Shown here piece after piece: positions 19,421 to 28,377 of a DNA stretch of 47,784 nucleotides. The translations under genes were made by a program, and so were the position numbers. The notes below the pieces were generated by a model that had not been told where the DNA came from, ran no database searches, and was given only the letters and a program-made list of their open reading frames with translations. The stretch comes from Neomoorella mulderi. GTDB taxonomy: Bacteria > Bacillota > DSM-521 > Neomoorellales > Neomoorellaceae. The stretch spans positions 1 to 47,784 of the forward strand of contig DRZV01000093.1 of NCBI GenBank assembly GCA_011375465.1, given 5' to 3'. Position 1 is the first letter of the stretch. The number at the start of each line of letters is the position of its first letter.

Positions 19421-20560
19421 GTGAACAACGGCAGAACCCGCTGGGGCGCATGGCTATTATTGTTGGTATTTTTGGCAGGGGTGGCGGTCACGGCAGGTTT
19501 TTATCACATCGCCGGGGGGAGAAATAAAACTCTGGGGTACCAGATGGCCGAAGTGGCCCCTGGTCCTGTCACTGTGAATGCCGGTTGGGGTCCGGAGACC
19601 ATAGCGGATATAGCGGAGAAGGCAGGTCCGGCGGTGGTCAGGATAGATACGGAGAGCAGCAGCAATCCCCTTTTGGAGGATCCCTTTTTCCGTTATTTCT
19701 TCGGCGAACCCTACAGCCCTTTGCCCAGGGTTCAGAGGGGTTTGGGGTCAGGCTTTATAATCTCCCCCGACGGGTATATCCTGACCAATCAGCATGTGAT
19801 CCAGGGAGCTACCCAGGTCAAGGTTACGGTTATAGGTTTTGATAAACCCTTCCCGGCTCGGGTGGTGGGTGCAGATGCCCAACTGGATTTGGCAGTCTTA
19901 AAGATAAACGCGGATCGACCCCTACCTTATCTGGCTTTAGGGGACGACAGCCAGGTGAGGGTGGGGGACTGGGTAGTGGCCATAGGCAATCCCTACGGTC
20001 TAGACCATACAGTAACGGTAGGGGTGGTGAGCGCCAAGGGACGCCCCATAGACGTACAGGGGCGTCATTATGAAAATTTGCTCCAGACCGATGCCTCCAT
20101 AAACCCGGGGAACAGCGGAGGGCCCCTGCTCAACTTGAAGGGGGAGGTCATAGGGATAAACACGGCCATAAAGGCGGACGCCCAGGGTATAGGCTTCGCC
20201 ATACCCAGCAGCACGGTAAAACCTGTATTGAACGACCTGATGACCAAAGGCAAGATCGCCCGGCCCTGGTTGGGGGTCATGCTGACCTCCCTTACTCCCG
20301 AGGTGGCCGAATTTTTGGGGCTGCCCGGTCCTGAAGGGGCTCTAGTGGGAGAAGTGGTGGCGGGGAGCCCGGCGGCCGAAGCTGGATTGCAGAAATACGA
20401 CGTGATCTTAGAAGTGGATGGCCAGAAGGTAAAGGACGCTGCAGACCTGGTCAACAAGATCCAGTCCATGAAGATCGGTCAGAAGGTCAAATTGAAGGTA
20501 TTCCGGGGGGGTAAGACTCTGGAGATAAACGCCACCTTGGGCGAAAAGCCGAGCCAGTAA
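19421..20560 (+). CDS. htrA: HtrA/DegP-family serine protease with PDZ domain
   Basis: N-terminal transmembrane helix, GSGFIIS.DGYILTN.HV, DLAVLKI, the active-site motif GNSGGPL, and a C-terminal PDZ region (RPWLGV...GSPAAEAGL..DVI). Confidence 0.9.
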   Translation: MNNGRTRWGAWLLLLVFLAGVAVTAGFYHIAGGRNKTLGYQMAEVAPGPVTVNAGWGPETIADIAEKAGPAVVRIDTESSSNPLLEDPFFRYFFGEPYSPLPRVQRGLGSGFIISPDGYILTNQHVIQGATQVKVTVIGFDKPFPARVVGADAQLDLAVLKINADRPLPYLALGDDSQVRVGDWVVAIGNPYGLDHTVTVGVVSAKGRPIDVQGRHYENLLQTDASINPGNSGGPLLNLKGEVIGINTAIKADAQGIGFAIPSSTVKPVLNDLMTKGKIARPWLGVMLTSLTPEVAEFLGLPGPEGALVGEVVAGSPAAEAGLQKYDVILEVDGQKVKDAADLVNKIQSMKIGQKVKLKVFRGGKTLEINATLGEKPSQ

Positions 20561-20580
20561 CAGCCTATAAAAAACAAGAG

Positions 20581-20606
20581 CCCTGGGATTTCCCAGGGTT
20601 TTTTAT
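20581..20606 (+). terminator. Rho-independent terminator of htrA
   Basis: ccctggga/tcccaggg stem followed by ttttttatttt. Confidence 0.8.
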
Positions 20607-20614
20607 TTTATAAA

Positions 20615-20859
20615 ATGGTGCGCTTTCGTCTCCACGATCTTTTAAAGGATCCTTATGGTAAGGGATACCACCTCATTCTCTGCCGCAACGTCATGATATA
20701 TTTCACCCCTGATGTGCAGAGGGATATTTACCGTCGGTTTTATGAGTCCTTTCATCCAGGGGGAGTATTGTTTATCTTATCGGGGCTACCGAGACCATGT
20801 TTTACCACCGAGAGCTGGGATACATAAGGGAGGCGGCTTGGTTCTACCGCCGGCCCTAG
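20615..20859 (+). pseudogene. cheR: CheR methyltransferase remnant: C-terminal third only, also frameshifted
   Basis: YHLILCRNVMIYFTPDVQRDIYRRFYESFHPGGVLF matches the end of the CheR SAM-binding domain. After a frame change near 20771-20782 the family continues as LIGATETMFYHRELGYIREAAWFYRRP, ending at TAG 20857-20859. The N-terminal two thirds are absent, and the fragment abuts the htrA terminator. Confidence 0.7.
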
Positions 20860-20877
20860 CAGCCTGCGGGGGGAAGG

Positions 20878-21520
20878 ATGCGGGTTTGGGAACGGCTGGA
20901 TCCTGTCCATCTGGACACATTAAAGGAAATAGGCAACATCGGAGCGGGTCATGCTGCTTCTGCCCTGGCCGCCATGCTCGGGGTAAAGATAAATATGAAG
21001 GTGCCCCAGACCGGTATTCTCCTTTTGCCGGAGATTCCCACCCTGGTGGGGGGAGAGGAGGATCCGGTAGCCTGCGTGGAGTTCACCGTAAGGGGGGGAA
21101 GCCCCCAGCAAGATATTCTCCTTTTAACCCAGGAGAGCGCCTTTCTGCTGGTGGATATGTTCCTGAGCAGGGCTGCGGGATCTACCCGGGAACTGGACGA
21201 TATGGGCATTTCGGTGCTGACCGAGGTGGGCAACATACTGACCGGGTCCTTTTTAAACGCCTTTTCTCAGTTCTGCAATTTGACCTTCATGCCCAGCGTA
21301 CCGGCCTTCGCCTACGATATGCTGGCCGCGGTTTTGAGCTCAGCTTTTCTGGAGGGGGGCTATTTTTCTGACCATGCCCTGATAATCGAGACCGAGTTTT
21401 TCAGCCAGGATATCCGCTTGCAGGGCCACTTTTTTCTCATACCGGAGAGGCGAAGCCCTGGAAAAGATATTTTCTTCTTTAGGGATGGGCTTAAAATTAA
21501 AGAAGGGTAGCAGGAGGTAG
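20878..21520 (+). pseudogene. cheC: CheC-like CheY-P phosphatase with a frameshift near the 3' end
   Basis: LDTLKEIGNIGAGHAASAL and LTEVGNILTGSFLNA are the two CheC repeats. At about 21444-21450 the family C-terminus GEALEKIFSSLGMGLKLKK moves to another frame (stop 21518-21520), while the listed ORF ends in unrelated residues. The span is 643 nt (3n+1). Confidence 0.6.
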
Positions 21521-21525
21521 GGAGA

Positions 21526-21855
21526 ATGGCAAAAAAGTTTTGGTGGTGGATGACGCCGCTTTTATATGGTTACGAAGTGGTTGGAGAGGCGGAAAACGGG
21601 ATAAAAGCGGTGGAGCTCTATAGGGAGCTCAAACCGGGCGTTGTCACCATGGACATAACCATGCCGGAAATGGACGGTATAGCTGCGGTGAAAGCCATAA
21701 GGCAGATAGACCCTAATGCCCGGATAATAATGTACAGCGCCGTGGGGCAGCAGATGATGGTAATGGAGGCCATCCAGGCGGGTGCTAAAGATTTCATAGT
21801 AAAGCCCTTTCAGCAGGACAGGGTCCTGCAGGCCCTGCAGAGGGCTTTGAGCTAG
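21526..21855 (+). pseudogene. cheY: CheY-like receiver with a scrambled N-terminus (acidic pocket lost)
   Basis: The downstream part is canonical: GYEVVGEAENG...TMDITMPEMDG...SAVG...VKPF. The first 14 codons read MAKKFWWWMTPLLY. The canonical VLVVDDAAF is encoded at 21537-21563 in the +1 frame, and about 32 nt that normally follow it are missing. The product is 109 aa, against roughly 120 for a normal CheY. Confidence 0.65.
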
Positions 21856-21859
21856 GGGT

Positions 21860-22839
21860 ATGGCCATGGGAGAGGTGCTTTCTCAAGCGGAGATAGACGC
21901 CCTGTTGCAGGCCATCAGCAGCGGGGAAGTGCAGATGGAGGACCTGAAGGAACAGGCTGAGGAGGGTAAGGTCAAAAGATACGACTTCCGCCGGCCCAAC
22001 AAATTTTCTAAGGAGCAGTTGCGCACCCTTTACATGATCCATGAAAACTTCGGGAGGATGGTGGCCAATTTCCTTTCCGCCTATTTGAGGGCCAACATCC
22101 AGGTGAAAATCATCTCCGTAGAACAGATGACCTACGAAGATTTTGCCCTCTCCTTGCCCACCCCCACTTTGATGAACATCTTCCCCCTGGATCCCCTGAA
22201 GGGTTCTGGGGTTCTCCAGGCAAATATGAACTTTGTATTCCCCATCATAGATCTCCTATTCGGGGGCAGGGGGGAGATGCTTCCCATAACCCGGGATTTC
22301 ACGAGATAGAGCTTCACGTGTTAAAGCGCTTATCCAATCGCCTGCTGGAGCAGCTTGTCTACTCCTGGTCCGATCTTCAGAAATTTACCCCCAAACTGGA
22401 GGGGATAGAGACCAACCCCCAGTTTGCTCAGGTGATTTCCCCCAACGAGACCGTAGCGGTTATAACCCTTTCCACTAAAGTGGGCCAGCAGGAAGGCCTA
22501 TTGAATTTATGCCTCCCCTATATGATGCTGGAGCCTCTCCTCTTTCGCCTTTCCACCAGCCAGTGGCTGGCTTCCACCAGCAATGGGGAGGAGAGGGGGA
22601 AATATCGGCTAACCCTGGAGAAGATCCTGGCCCAGGTGCCTGTGGAGCTGATAGCTTATTGCGGAAGGACAAAACTCAGGGTGAGGGACTTTATCCAGCT
22701 TCGGGAAGGGGATATCATCACGCTGGATCAGGAGATCGATAAAGATCTGGAGCTTTACGTGGACGGAAAGTTGAAGTTTAAAGTACAGCCGGGGATCCAA
22801 GGGGGAAAGCTGGCAGTTCAGATAACGGAGGTGCTTTAA
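21860..22839 (+). pseudogene. fliM: Flagellar motor switch protein FliM, frameshifted
   Basis: The N-terminus LSQAEIDALL is the CheY-P binding motif, and the two ORF-track pieces are 21860-22309 and 22318-22839. The expected ...RDFTEIELHVLKRLSN... requires one more G at about 22303 (acgagatag versus acgGagatagag). The span is 980 nt (3n+2). Confidence 0.8.
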
Positions 22840-23863
22840 GTGTCCGAGTTTCTCTCTCAAGAAGAGATCGACGCCCTGTTAAAGGGTGATGACGGGGTTC
22901 AGGAGCAGGAGCCGGAGTTACATTTGACAGATATAGAGAGGGATGCCCTGGGAGAAATCGGAAATATAGCCATGGGCAGTGCCGCCACGGCCATGTCCCA
23001 GATATTGAACAAGAGGGTCTCAATAAACTACCCTCCATACCTTTGTCACCACCTTAAAGGAGCTCTTTGAGGGCTTCCATGTCCCTTTCGTTCTGGTGGA
23101 AGTGGAATTCGTCGAGGGTTTAAATGGGGTCAACCTATTGGTGCTGGAGGAGAGCGACGCTGCCGTGATAGCCGATCTGATGATGGGAGGGGATGGGCTG
23201 AAGGGGCAAGGGGAGCTGGATGACATCAGAAAGAGCGCTGTGGCTGAGGCCATGAACCAGATGATGGGCAGTGCGGCCACTGCCATGGCCACCATGTTCA
23301 GGAGGAGCGTCAAGATAAGTCCCCCCGGTTGTTCTTCCATAAAGCTGGATAAGGGGGATTACCCCCCTCCTTGGCCTTTAGAGGAAAAGGTGATGGTGCG
23401 TTTCAAGATGGTTATCGGAGATCTCATAGACAGCTACATAGTCCAGGTTATACCCCCTGAGGTGGCTAGAGCCCAGGTAGCTCTGCTCACGGAAGGCCAG
23501 GGATCCCACCAGGAGGAAGCGCCTGCCCCAGATGAAGGAGTATCTCTTCCCCCTAAAGCTCTCCCTCCGCCAGAGACTGGGAAGGTGTATGGATCCGCCA
23601 GGAACATAGACCTGATTTTAGATGTGCCCCTGGAGATAGAGGTGATATTGGGATCTGCTTCTAAAAAAATCGGGGAAATCTTGAATCTATCCCCTGGGGC
23701 GGTGGTGGAACTGGACAGGTTTATAGAGGAGCCTGTGGAAATATGCATAAACGGGACCCCCATAGCCAGGGGAGAAGTGGTGGTGGTGGTGAATGAAAAT
23801 TTTGGAGTAAGGATTATCCAGATACTGGATCCCTATGAGAGGATAAACCGGTTGAAAAGATAA
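22840..23863 (+). pseudogene. fliY: Flagellar switch protein FliY (CheC-like domain plus FliN domain), frameshifted
   Basis: LSQEEIDALL, ALGEIGNIAMGSAATAMS, then a frame change between about 23024 and 23038. The family continues as TFVTTLKELFEGFHVPFVLVEVEFVEG in the second ORF piece. The C-terminal FliN domain is LDVPLEIEVILG...[20 protein letters not shown]. The span is 1024 nt (3n+1). Confidence 0.75.
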
Positions 23864-23865
23864 AG

Positions 23866-23889
23866 ACCGGAAGCCCGAAGGCTTCCGGT
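23866..23889. terminator. Hairpin between convergent fliY and SASP genes
   Basis: 10-bp stem accggaagcc / ggcttccggt with loop cgaa. There are no strong T-tracts. Confidence 0.5.
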
Positions 23890-23895
23890 GGAGGG

Positions 23896-24079
23896 TTAGG
23901 AGCGTCTGTTTTTCATGGCTTCCTCCGCCTTTTCGATGGCCAGACGTACCAGGTTGCCGCAATCTCTGGTAGGGTACACTTCCCCACCCTTCCCGCATCA
24001 CCGTATCGTAAACACCCAGTTCTTTAGCCAGCTCGTATTTCAGCTCCTCAGACATGATGCCTCTACGCCTGCGGGCCAT
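23896..24079 (-). pseudogene. Alpha/beta-type small acid-soluble spore protein-like gene, frameshifted
   Basis: [35 protein letters not shown], then the frame is lost. Removing one nt near 23968-23975 gives ..[25 protein letters not shown], ending at TAA 23896-23898. The span is 184 nt (3n+1). The 130-aa ORF-track product is an artefact of the shift. Confidence 0.6.
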
Positions 24080-24164
24080 CTTTCCATCCCCCTTATCTCT
24101 GGGTTCTACCCAGAGATTCTCCCCCCGGTTATAATTTTGCCCCTCTCCTTCGGGTAAATGCCTA

Positions 24165-24195
24165 GAAAAAAAATTGAGGGCCTGAGCAGGCCCTC
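24165..24195 (-). terminator. Rho-independent terminator of the YflT-like gene
   Basis: On the minus strand, gagggcc...ggccctc hairpin followed by aattttttttc. Confidence 0.6.
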
Positions 24196-24198
24196 CTT

Positions 24199-24676
24199 TT
24201 AGTACACCCTTACCCTATCGGCTCCGTGATCCCTCATTATGCGGTTGGCCTGATCTGCATATTGATCCTCGCAGTGGACAGAGACCAAAATTTTTCCTTG
24301 ACGGATCTTCTTCTTCGTATTGACGGCCTTCTTCTTCCGGAATACCCCAGTCTATTAAACCACCTGCGATACCCCTCGCGGCAGCGCCCGATAAGAGCCC
24401 CGCTATGGGTCCGGCGGCCACCAGGGGCCCCAGTCCTGGGATGAACAGGGCGCCTGCCCCTGCTGCCAGCCCTGCAAGCCCTCCCAGGACTCCACCGGTG
24501 GCGATGCCGTCGGCTATCCCGCCACCGCCTTCCATGGTCATGGCTTCACCCTGCTGGCCTTCCCGGCCCCGGGCCAATATGGATATCTCTTTATCGAAAC
24601 CAGCTTTTCTTAAGTCCTCCACCACTTCCCTGGCCACCTGTTCATTTTTGAACACACCCACCACTGTCTTGGCCAT
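24199..24676 (-). pseudogene. YflT/general-stress-protein-like gene, frameshifted
   Basis: MAKTVVGVFKNEQVAREVVEDLRKAGFDKEISIL, a Gly-rich middle, and GIPEEEGRQYEEE. The expected C-terminus [35 protein letters not shown] (stop 24199-24201) is in another frame from about 24300. The span is 478 nt (3n+1). Confidence 0.65.
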
Positions 24677-24792
24677 GATGGATACCTCCTTATGGCGAAA
24701 TACTTCAAAGTTAGTATGGCCTTTTTTTTCCGGGCCTATACGGGTATAATAAGAGGGCGAAAGAAAAAATTGTAAAAAAGGGGGGTTGTCCT

Positions 24793-25908
24793 ATGGAATA
24801 CGATGTAATAATCTGTGGGGCTGGCCCCGCCGGCAGCACCTGCGCTCGGTTTTTGGCGGGCCAAGGAGCTGAGGTTTTGCTCCTGGATAAAGCCGTTTTT
24901 CCCCGTCCCAAAATCTGCGGAGGTGGCCTTACCAGGGGGGCGGTGAAGGAACTGCCGCCGGGTTGGGAAGGTTTAAAAGAAGGTGAAATTAGGCACCTGG
25001 TTTTTCTTTTTAAAAATGAAGAGCCGGTGGAGATAACCTTTACCCAGCCTGTGGTCTATACCGTCTCCCGAACCCTTTTGGACCATTGGCTGCTGGAGCA
25101 AGCCCTGGAAGCAGGAGCCAAATTGAGGGAGGGCTTTCGGGTGCTGGGCATAGAAGAGGATTCCAAGGGGACGAGGGTATGGGGCCCCAAGGGGGAAAGC
25201 CTGAGGGCCAGATATGTGGTGGGGGCCGACGGGGCCCACAGCGTTGTCCGCCGCCATTTAGATTTATCAATTGAAAGGGGTTTTTGCTTAAATCTGGAAG
25301 TTCCCAAGCCCCAGGTATTTTCCGGGGAAAAGATCTATTTTACCTACGGATACCTGCTAGGTTATGGGTGGATTTTCCCCAGGGGAGCTCACCTGAGCGT
25401 AGGTATGGGGGCTTTCTTTAATTGTAAAGTCAATTTTAAACCTTATCTAGAGAAATTTTGCCGCAAGGTGGGCATAGATCTCCCCTCAATTCCGTGGCAG
25501 GGGGCTTGTCTTTCTTTCCTTCCAGAAGGGGAAGTCCGGCTCCACACGGATAGGGTTCTGCTCATAGGAGAGGCTGCGGGTTTGGTAGACCCTTTCACCG
25601 GAGAAGGGATTTCCCATGCCCTGCGCAGCGCCCGATGGGCAGCCGGGATCTTGATGAAGGCCTTGAGGGGAGGGGGCGGGTTGGAAGAATATGGCGAAAA
25701 GCTGGGGAGGGAGATGCTCCGCCATATCAGGTATGCCCGCTTCATCGCCAGGACCGTTTATACCTGGGCTCCCTGGATACATAGGTTGCTGGGCCTGCGC
25801 CCCCAAATTGTAGCTAAACTCTTAGGGGTGATGGCGGAGGAAAACACCTATCTCGATCTGTGGGGATACCTGACCGAGAATTATCCCCTCTTTCGCCAGG
25901 CTGTTTGA
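24793..25908 (+). CDS. FAD-dependent oxidoreductase, geranylgeranyl reductase family
   Basis: The YDVIICGAGPAGSTCA dinucleotide-binding motif, KICGGGL, GADGAHS, and GEAAGLVDPFTGEGI. Confidence 0.8.
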   Translation: MEYDVIICGAGPAGSTCARFLAGQGAEVLLLDKAVFPRPKICGGGLTRGAVKELPPGWEGLKEGEIRHLVFLFKNEEPVEITFTQPVVYTVSRTLLDHWLLEQALEAGAKLREGFRVLGIEEDSKGTRVWGPKGESLRARYVVGADGAHSVVRRHLDLSIERGFCLNLEVPKPQVFSGEKIYFTYGYLLGYGWIFPRGAHLSVGMGAFFNCKVNFKPYLEKFCRKVGIDLPSIPWQGACLSFLPEGEVRLHTDRVLLIGEAAGLVDPFTGEGISHALRSARWAAGILMKALRGGGGLEEYGEKLGREMLRHIRYARFIARTVYTWAPWIHRLLGLRPQIVAKLLGVMAEENTYLDLWGYLTENYPLFRQAV

Positions 25909-26811
25909 TCAGCCCGGCAGCAGTTTTTCTAATATCCCCGCCAGAATCCCCGTGAAGAGCAGGAATACCAAGGACGAAGCGAGATTGAACAGGGTATGGA
26001 AGTGGGCTATCTGGAAGCCAGGATCCCGGCTTAAAAGGGGGAGGAGGGGCGCCAGGAGGAGCAGGAGGGGAAAGAACATCAGTGCTCCCAGGATATTAAC
26101 CAGCAGGTGGGCCAGGGCAGTCCTCTGGGCAGCCCGGGAAGAGAAGAGGGAGGCCAGGAGGCCGGTGGCGCAGGTGCCTATATTGGCCCCCAGGACCACG
26201 GCCAGGGCCGAAAGGGCGGAAAGGAATTTCTGTTCGAACAGGACCATGGTGATCCCGGTCACCACGCTGCTGGAATGGAGGCCAGCGGCCATGAAGATAC
26301 CGGCCAGGAAGCCCCTAATCGGATCCAGGTGGGGGAGGAGGAAAAGCCAGGCCTTGCTCTTCTGCCAGGCCTCCAGGGAGTTTTCCAGAAGCTCCAGGCT
26401 GAAAAACGTGACCTCCACCCCCACCAGGGCCAGACCGCTGGCTCTGCCCCTGGGCCACAGGATCAGGACAAGCCCCATCAGGATGAGGGGGCAAGCCCAT
26501 GCATGGAGGTCCAAAGCCATGAGCTGAACCGTGAGGCAAGTGCCCACATTGGCCCCCAGGATTATCCCCAAGCTCTGGTCAAAGCTTATCTAGCCCCCGT
26601 CCACCAGGCCTATGGTGAGGACGGTGACGGCTGTGCTGGACTGCACCAGGGCCGTGGCCAGGGTGCCCCAAAGAAAGGCGGCGTAGGGGTTGGACGCTGC
26701 TCTTTCTATTAAATGCCTCGCATGTCCTTTGGCCCCCTGCCCCAGGCCGTATTTTAAAAGCTGGAGCGAGGCCAGCAATAAGGATGTGCCCGCCAGCAAT
26801 TTATACAACAC
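25909..26811 (-). pseudogene. Na+/phosphate cotransporter-family (PF02690-like) membrane protein with an in-frame TAG
   Basis: The two ORF-track pieces are in the same frame and are joined by TAG (26590-26592): ...ALVQSSTAVTVLTIGLVDGG*ISFDQSLGIILGANVGTCLTV.... This is the conserved NaPi repeat, and the second repeat LGANIGTCATG is present. Confidence 0.7.
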
Positions 26812-26926
26812 CGCTTTTATCCCTCTTTAAAGCCCTTTTTAATGGTTTAAAGAAAGAGGAATTTTAAATTTAAGAGAGAATTATGACATCTAGGCATAGA
26901 TTTATCTCGAAAAGGGGGGTCTGGGG

Positions 26927-27499
26927 ATGGAGAGGTTATCGCTGAGCCAAGCGCTGAGTTCTGGTCAAGCCTTTAAAGAGCGCATAGAGGCTGCCAGCGG
27001 AGTCACCTTGAGCCGCTGTTATCAATGCGGCAAGTGCACAGCTGGGTGTCCCGCCTCCTCCGGCATGGACTACGGGCCCAGGGGCATCATCCGCCTCCTT
27101 CAGTTGGGATTATATGAAAAGGCCATGAGAAGCAACACACCCTGGATTTGTGCGGGATGTCAGACATGCTACGTCCGTTGTCCCAGGGATATCGATATGC
27201 CCAAGCTGATGGAGGCGGTGCGGCAAGAAGCCTGCCGGCGGGGGATTGTGGGCGATAAAAAGACGGAGGTGTTCGACCGGGCGTTCCTGCGGAGCATCGA
27301 GAGGTTCGGTCGTCCCCATGAAGCCAGCATCATGGGGGAATATAACTTGTTGACGGGCCAGCCCTTCAAAGATATAATGTCCGGTCCTGCTATGCTGGCC
27401 AGGGGAAAACTAGCCCTTTTGCCCTCCCGCATCAAGAATATTTCAGAAATAAAAAAAATTTTCGCCCGGGTGAGGGCTAAAGGAGGGGAAGCCAGGTGA
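26927..27499 (+). CDS. hdrC: Heterodisulfide reductase subunit C-like (two 4Fe-4S motifs)
   Basis: CYQCGKCTAGCP and CAGCQTCYVRCP motifs, with a size and position typical of HdrC. Confidence 0.8.
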   Translation: MERLSLSQALSSGQAFKERIEAASGVTLSRCYQCGKCTAGCPASSGMDYGPRGIIRLLQLGLYEKAMRSNTPWICAGCQTCYVRCPRDIDMPKLMEAVRQEACRRGIVGDKKTEVFDRAFLRSIERFGRPHEASIMGEYNLLTGQPFKDIMSGPAMLARGKLALLPSRIKNISEIKKIFARVRAKGGEAR

Positions 27500-28377
27500 A
27501 ATATGCCTATTATCCCGGCTGCGCTCTGGAGACCACTGCCAAGGAGTACGATCACTCCACCAGGCTGGTGGCCCGTCACCTGGGAGTGGAGCTATGGGAA
27601 ATACCTGATTGGAACTGCTGTGGGGCTTCGGCAGCCCACCGGGTTGATCACCTTTTGGCCCTGGCCCTTCCTGCTCGGGTCCTGGCCCTGGCGGAAGAGC
27701 AGGGGCTGGATATAGTGGTGCCCTGCGCCGCCTGCTACAACCGCATGAAGGCGGTGGAGAAGGCGGTGCGGGAGTCGGAGGAGATGAGGAAAACCATCGA
27801 GGAGATAATCGAACGCAGTTACAAGGGCAGCGTCAGCGCCCGTTCTGTCCTGGACGTGCTGATAAACCAGGTGGGTTTGGAGAGCATCAAGGCCCAGGTG
27901 AAAAGGCCTCTGGCGGGGCTCAAACTGGCGGCCTATTATGGCTGCCTCTGGGTAAGGCCCCCCTGCATAACCGCCTTTGACGATCCCGAGGATCCCATGA
28001 CCATGGACCGCCTGGTGGAGGCCCTGGGGGGTGAAGCGGTTCCCTGGCCCTATAAAACCGAGTGCTGTGGAGCCAGCTTGCCCACCGCCCGCACCGACGT
28101 GGGGCTCGGGATGGTGTACCAAATACTGCGGCGGGCCCAGGAGGCTGGGGCTGTGGCCATAGTCACCGCCTGTCCCATATGCCATTTAAATCTGGATATG
28201 AGGCAGAAGCAGGTGGAGGCCGCCTTCCAGGAGGAGTTCAACCTCCCCATATTCTATTTCACCGAACTTATGGCCGTGGCTTTTGGATATTCACCCAAGG
28301 AGGCAGGGCTGACCACCCACTTCGTCAACCCCCTGCCCCTTTTAGAATCCAGCCTTGAGAGGAGGGAAACGGCGTGA
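27496..28377 (+). CDS. hdrB: Heterodisulfide reductase subunit B-like (two CCG domains)
   Basis: [30 protein letters not shown] and CPICH are duplicated CCG-domain signatures. The GTG start overlaps the hdrC stop. Confidence 0.85.
   Translation: MKYAYYPGCALETTAKEYDHSTRLVARHLGVELWEIPDWNCCGASAAHRVDHLLALALPARVLALAEEQGLDIVVPCAACYNRMKAVEKAVRESEEMRKTIEEIIERSYKGSVSARSVLDVLINQVGLESIKAQVKRPLAGLKLAAYYGCLWVRPPCITAFDDPEDPMTMDRLVEALGGEAVPWPYKTECCGASLPTARTDVGLGMVYQILRRAQEAGAVAIVTACPICHLNLDMRQKQVEAAFQEEFNLPIFYFTELMAVAFGYSPKEAGLTTHFVNPLPLLESSLERRETA

Noticed and set aside
20712-21371. 219-aa plus-strand ORF overlapping cheR' and cheC
   Set aside because: It is an alternative frame of cheC, with a Gly/Arg-rich, low-complexity product. 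The CheC frame carries the family motifs.
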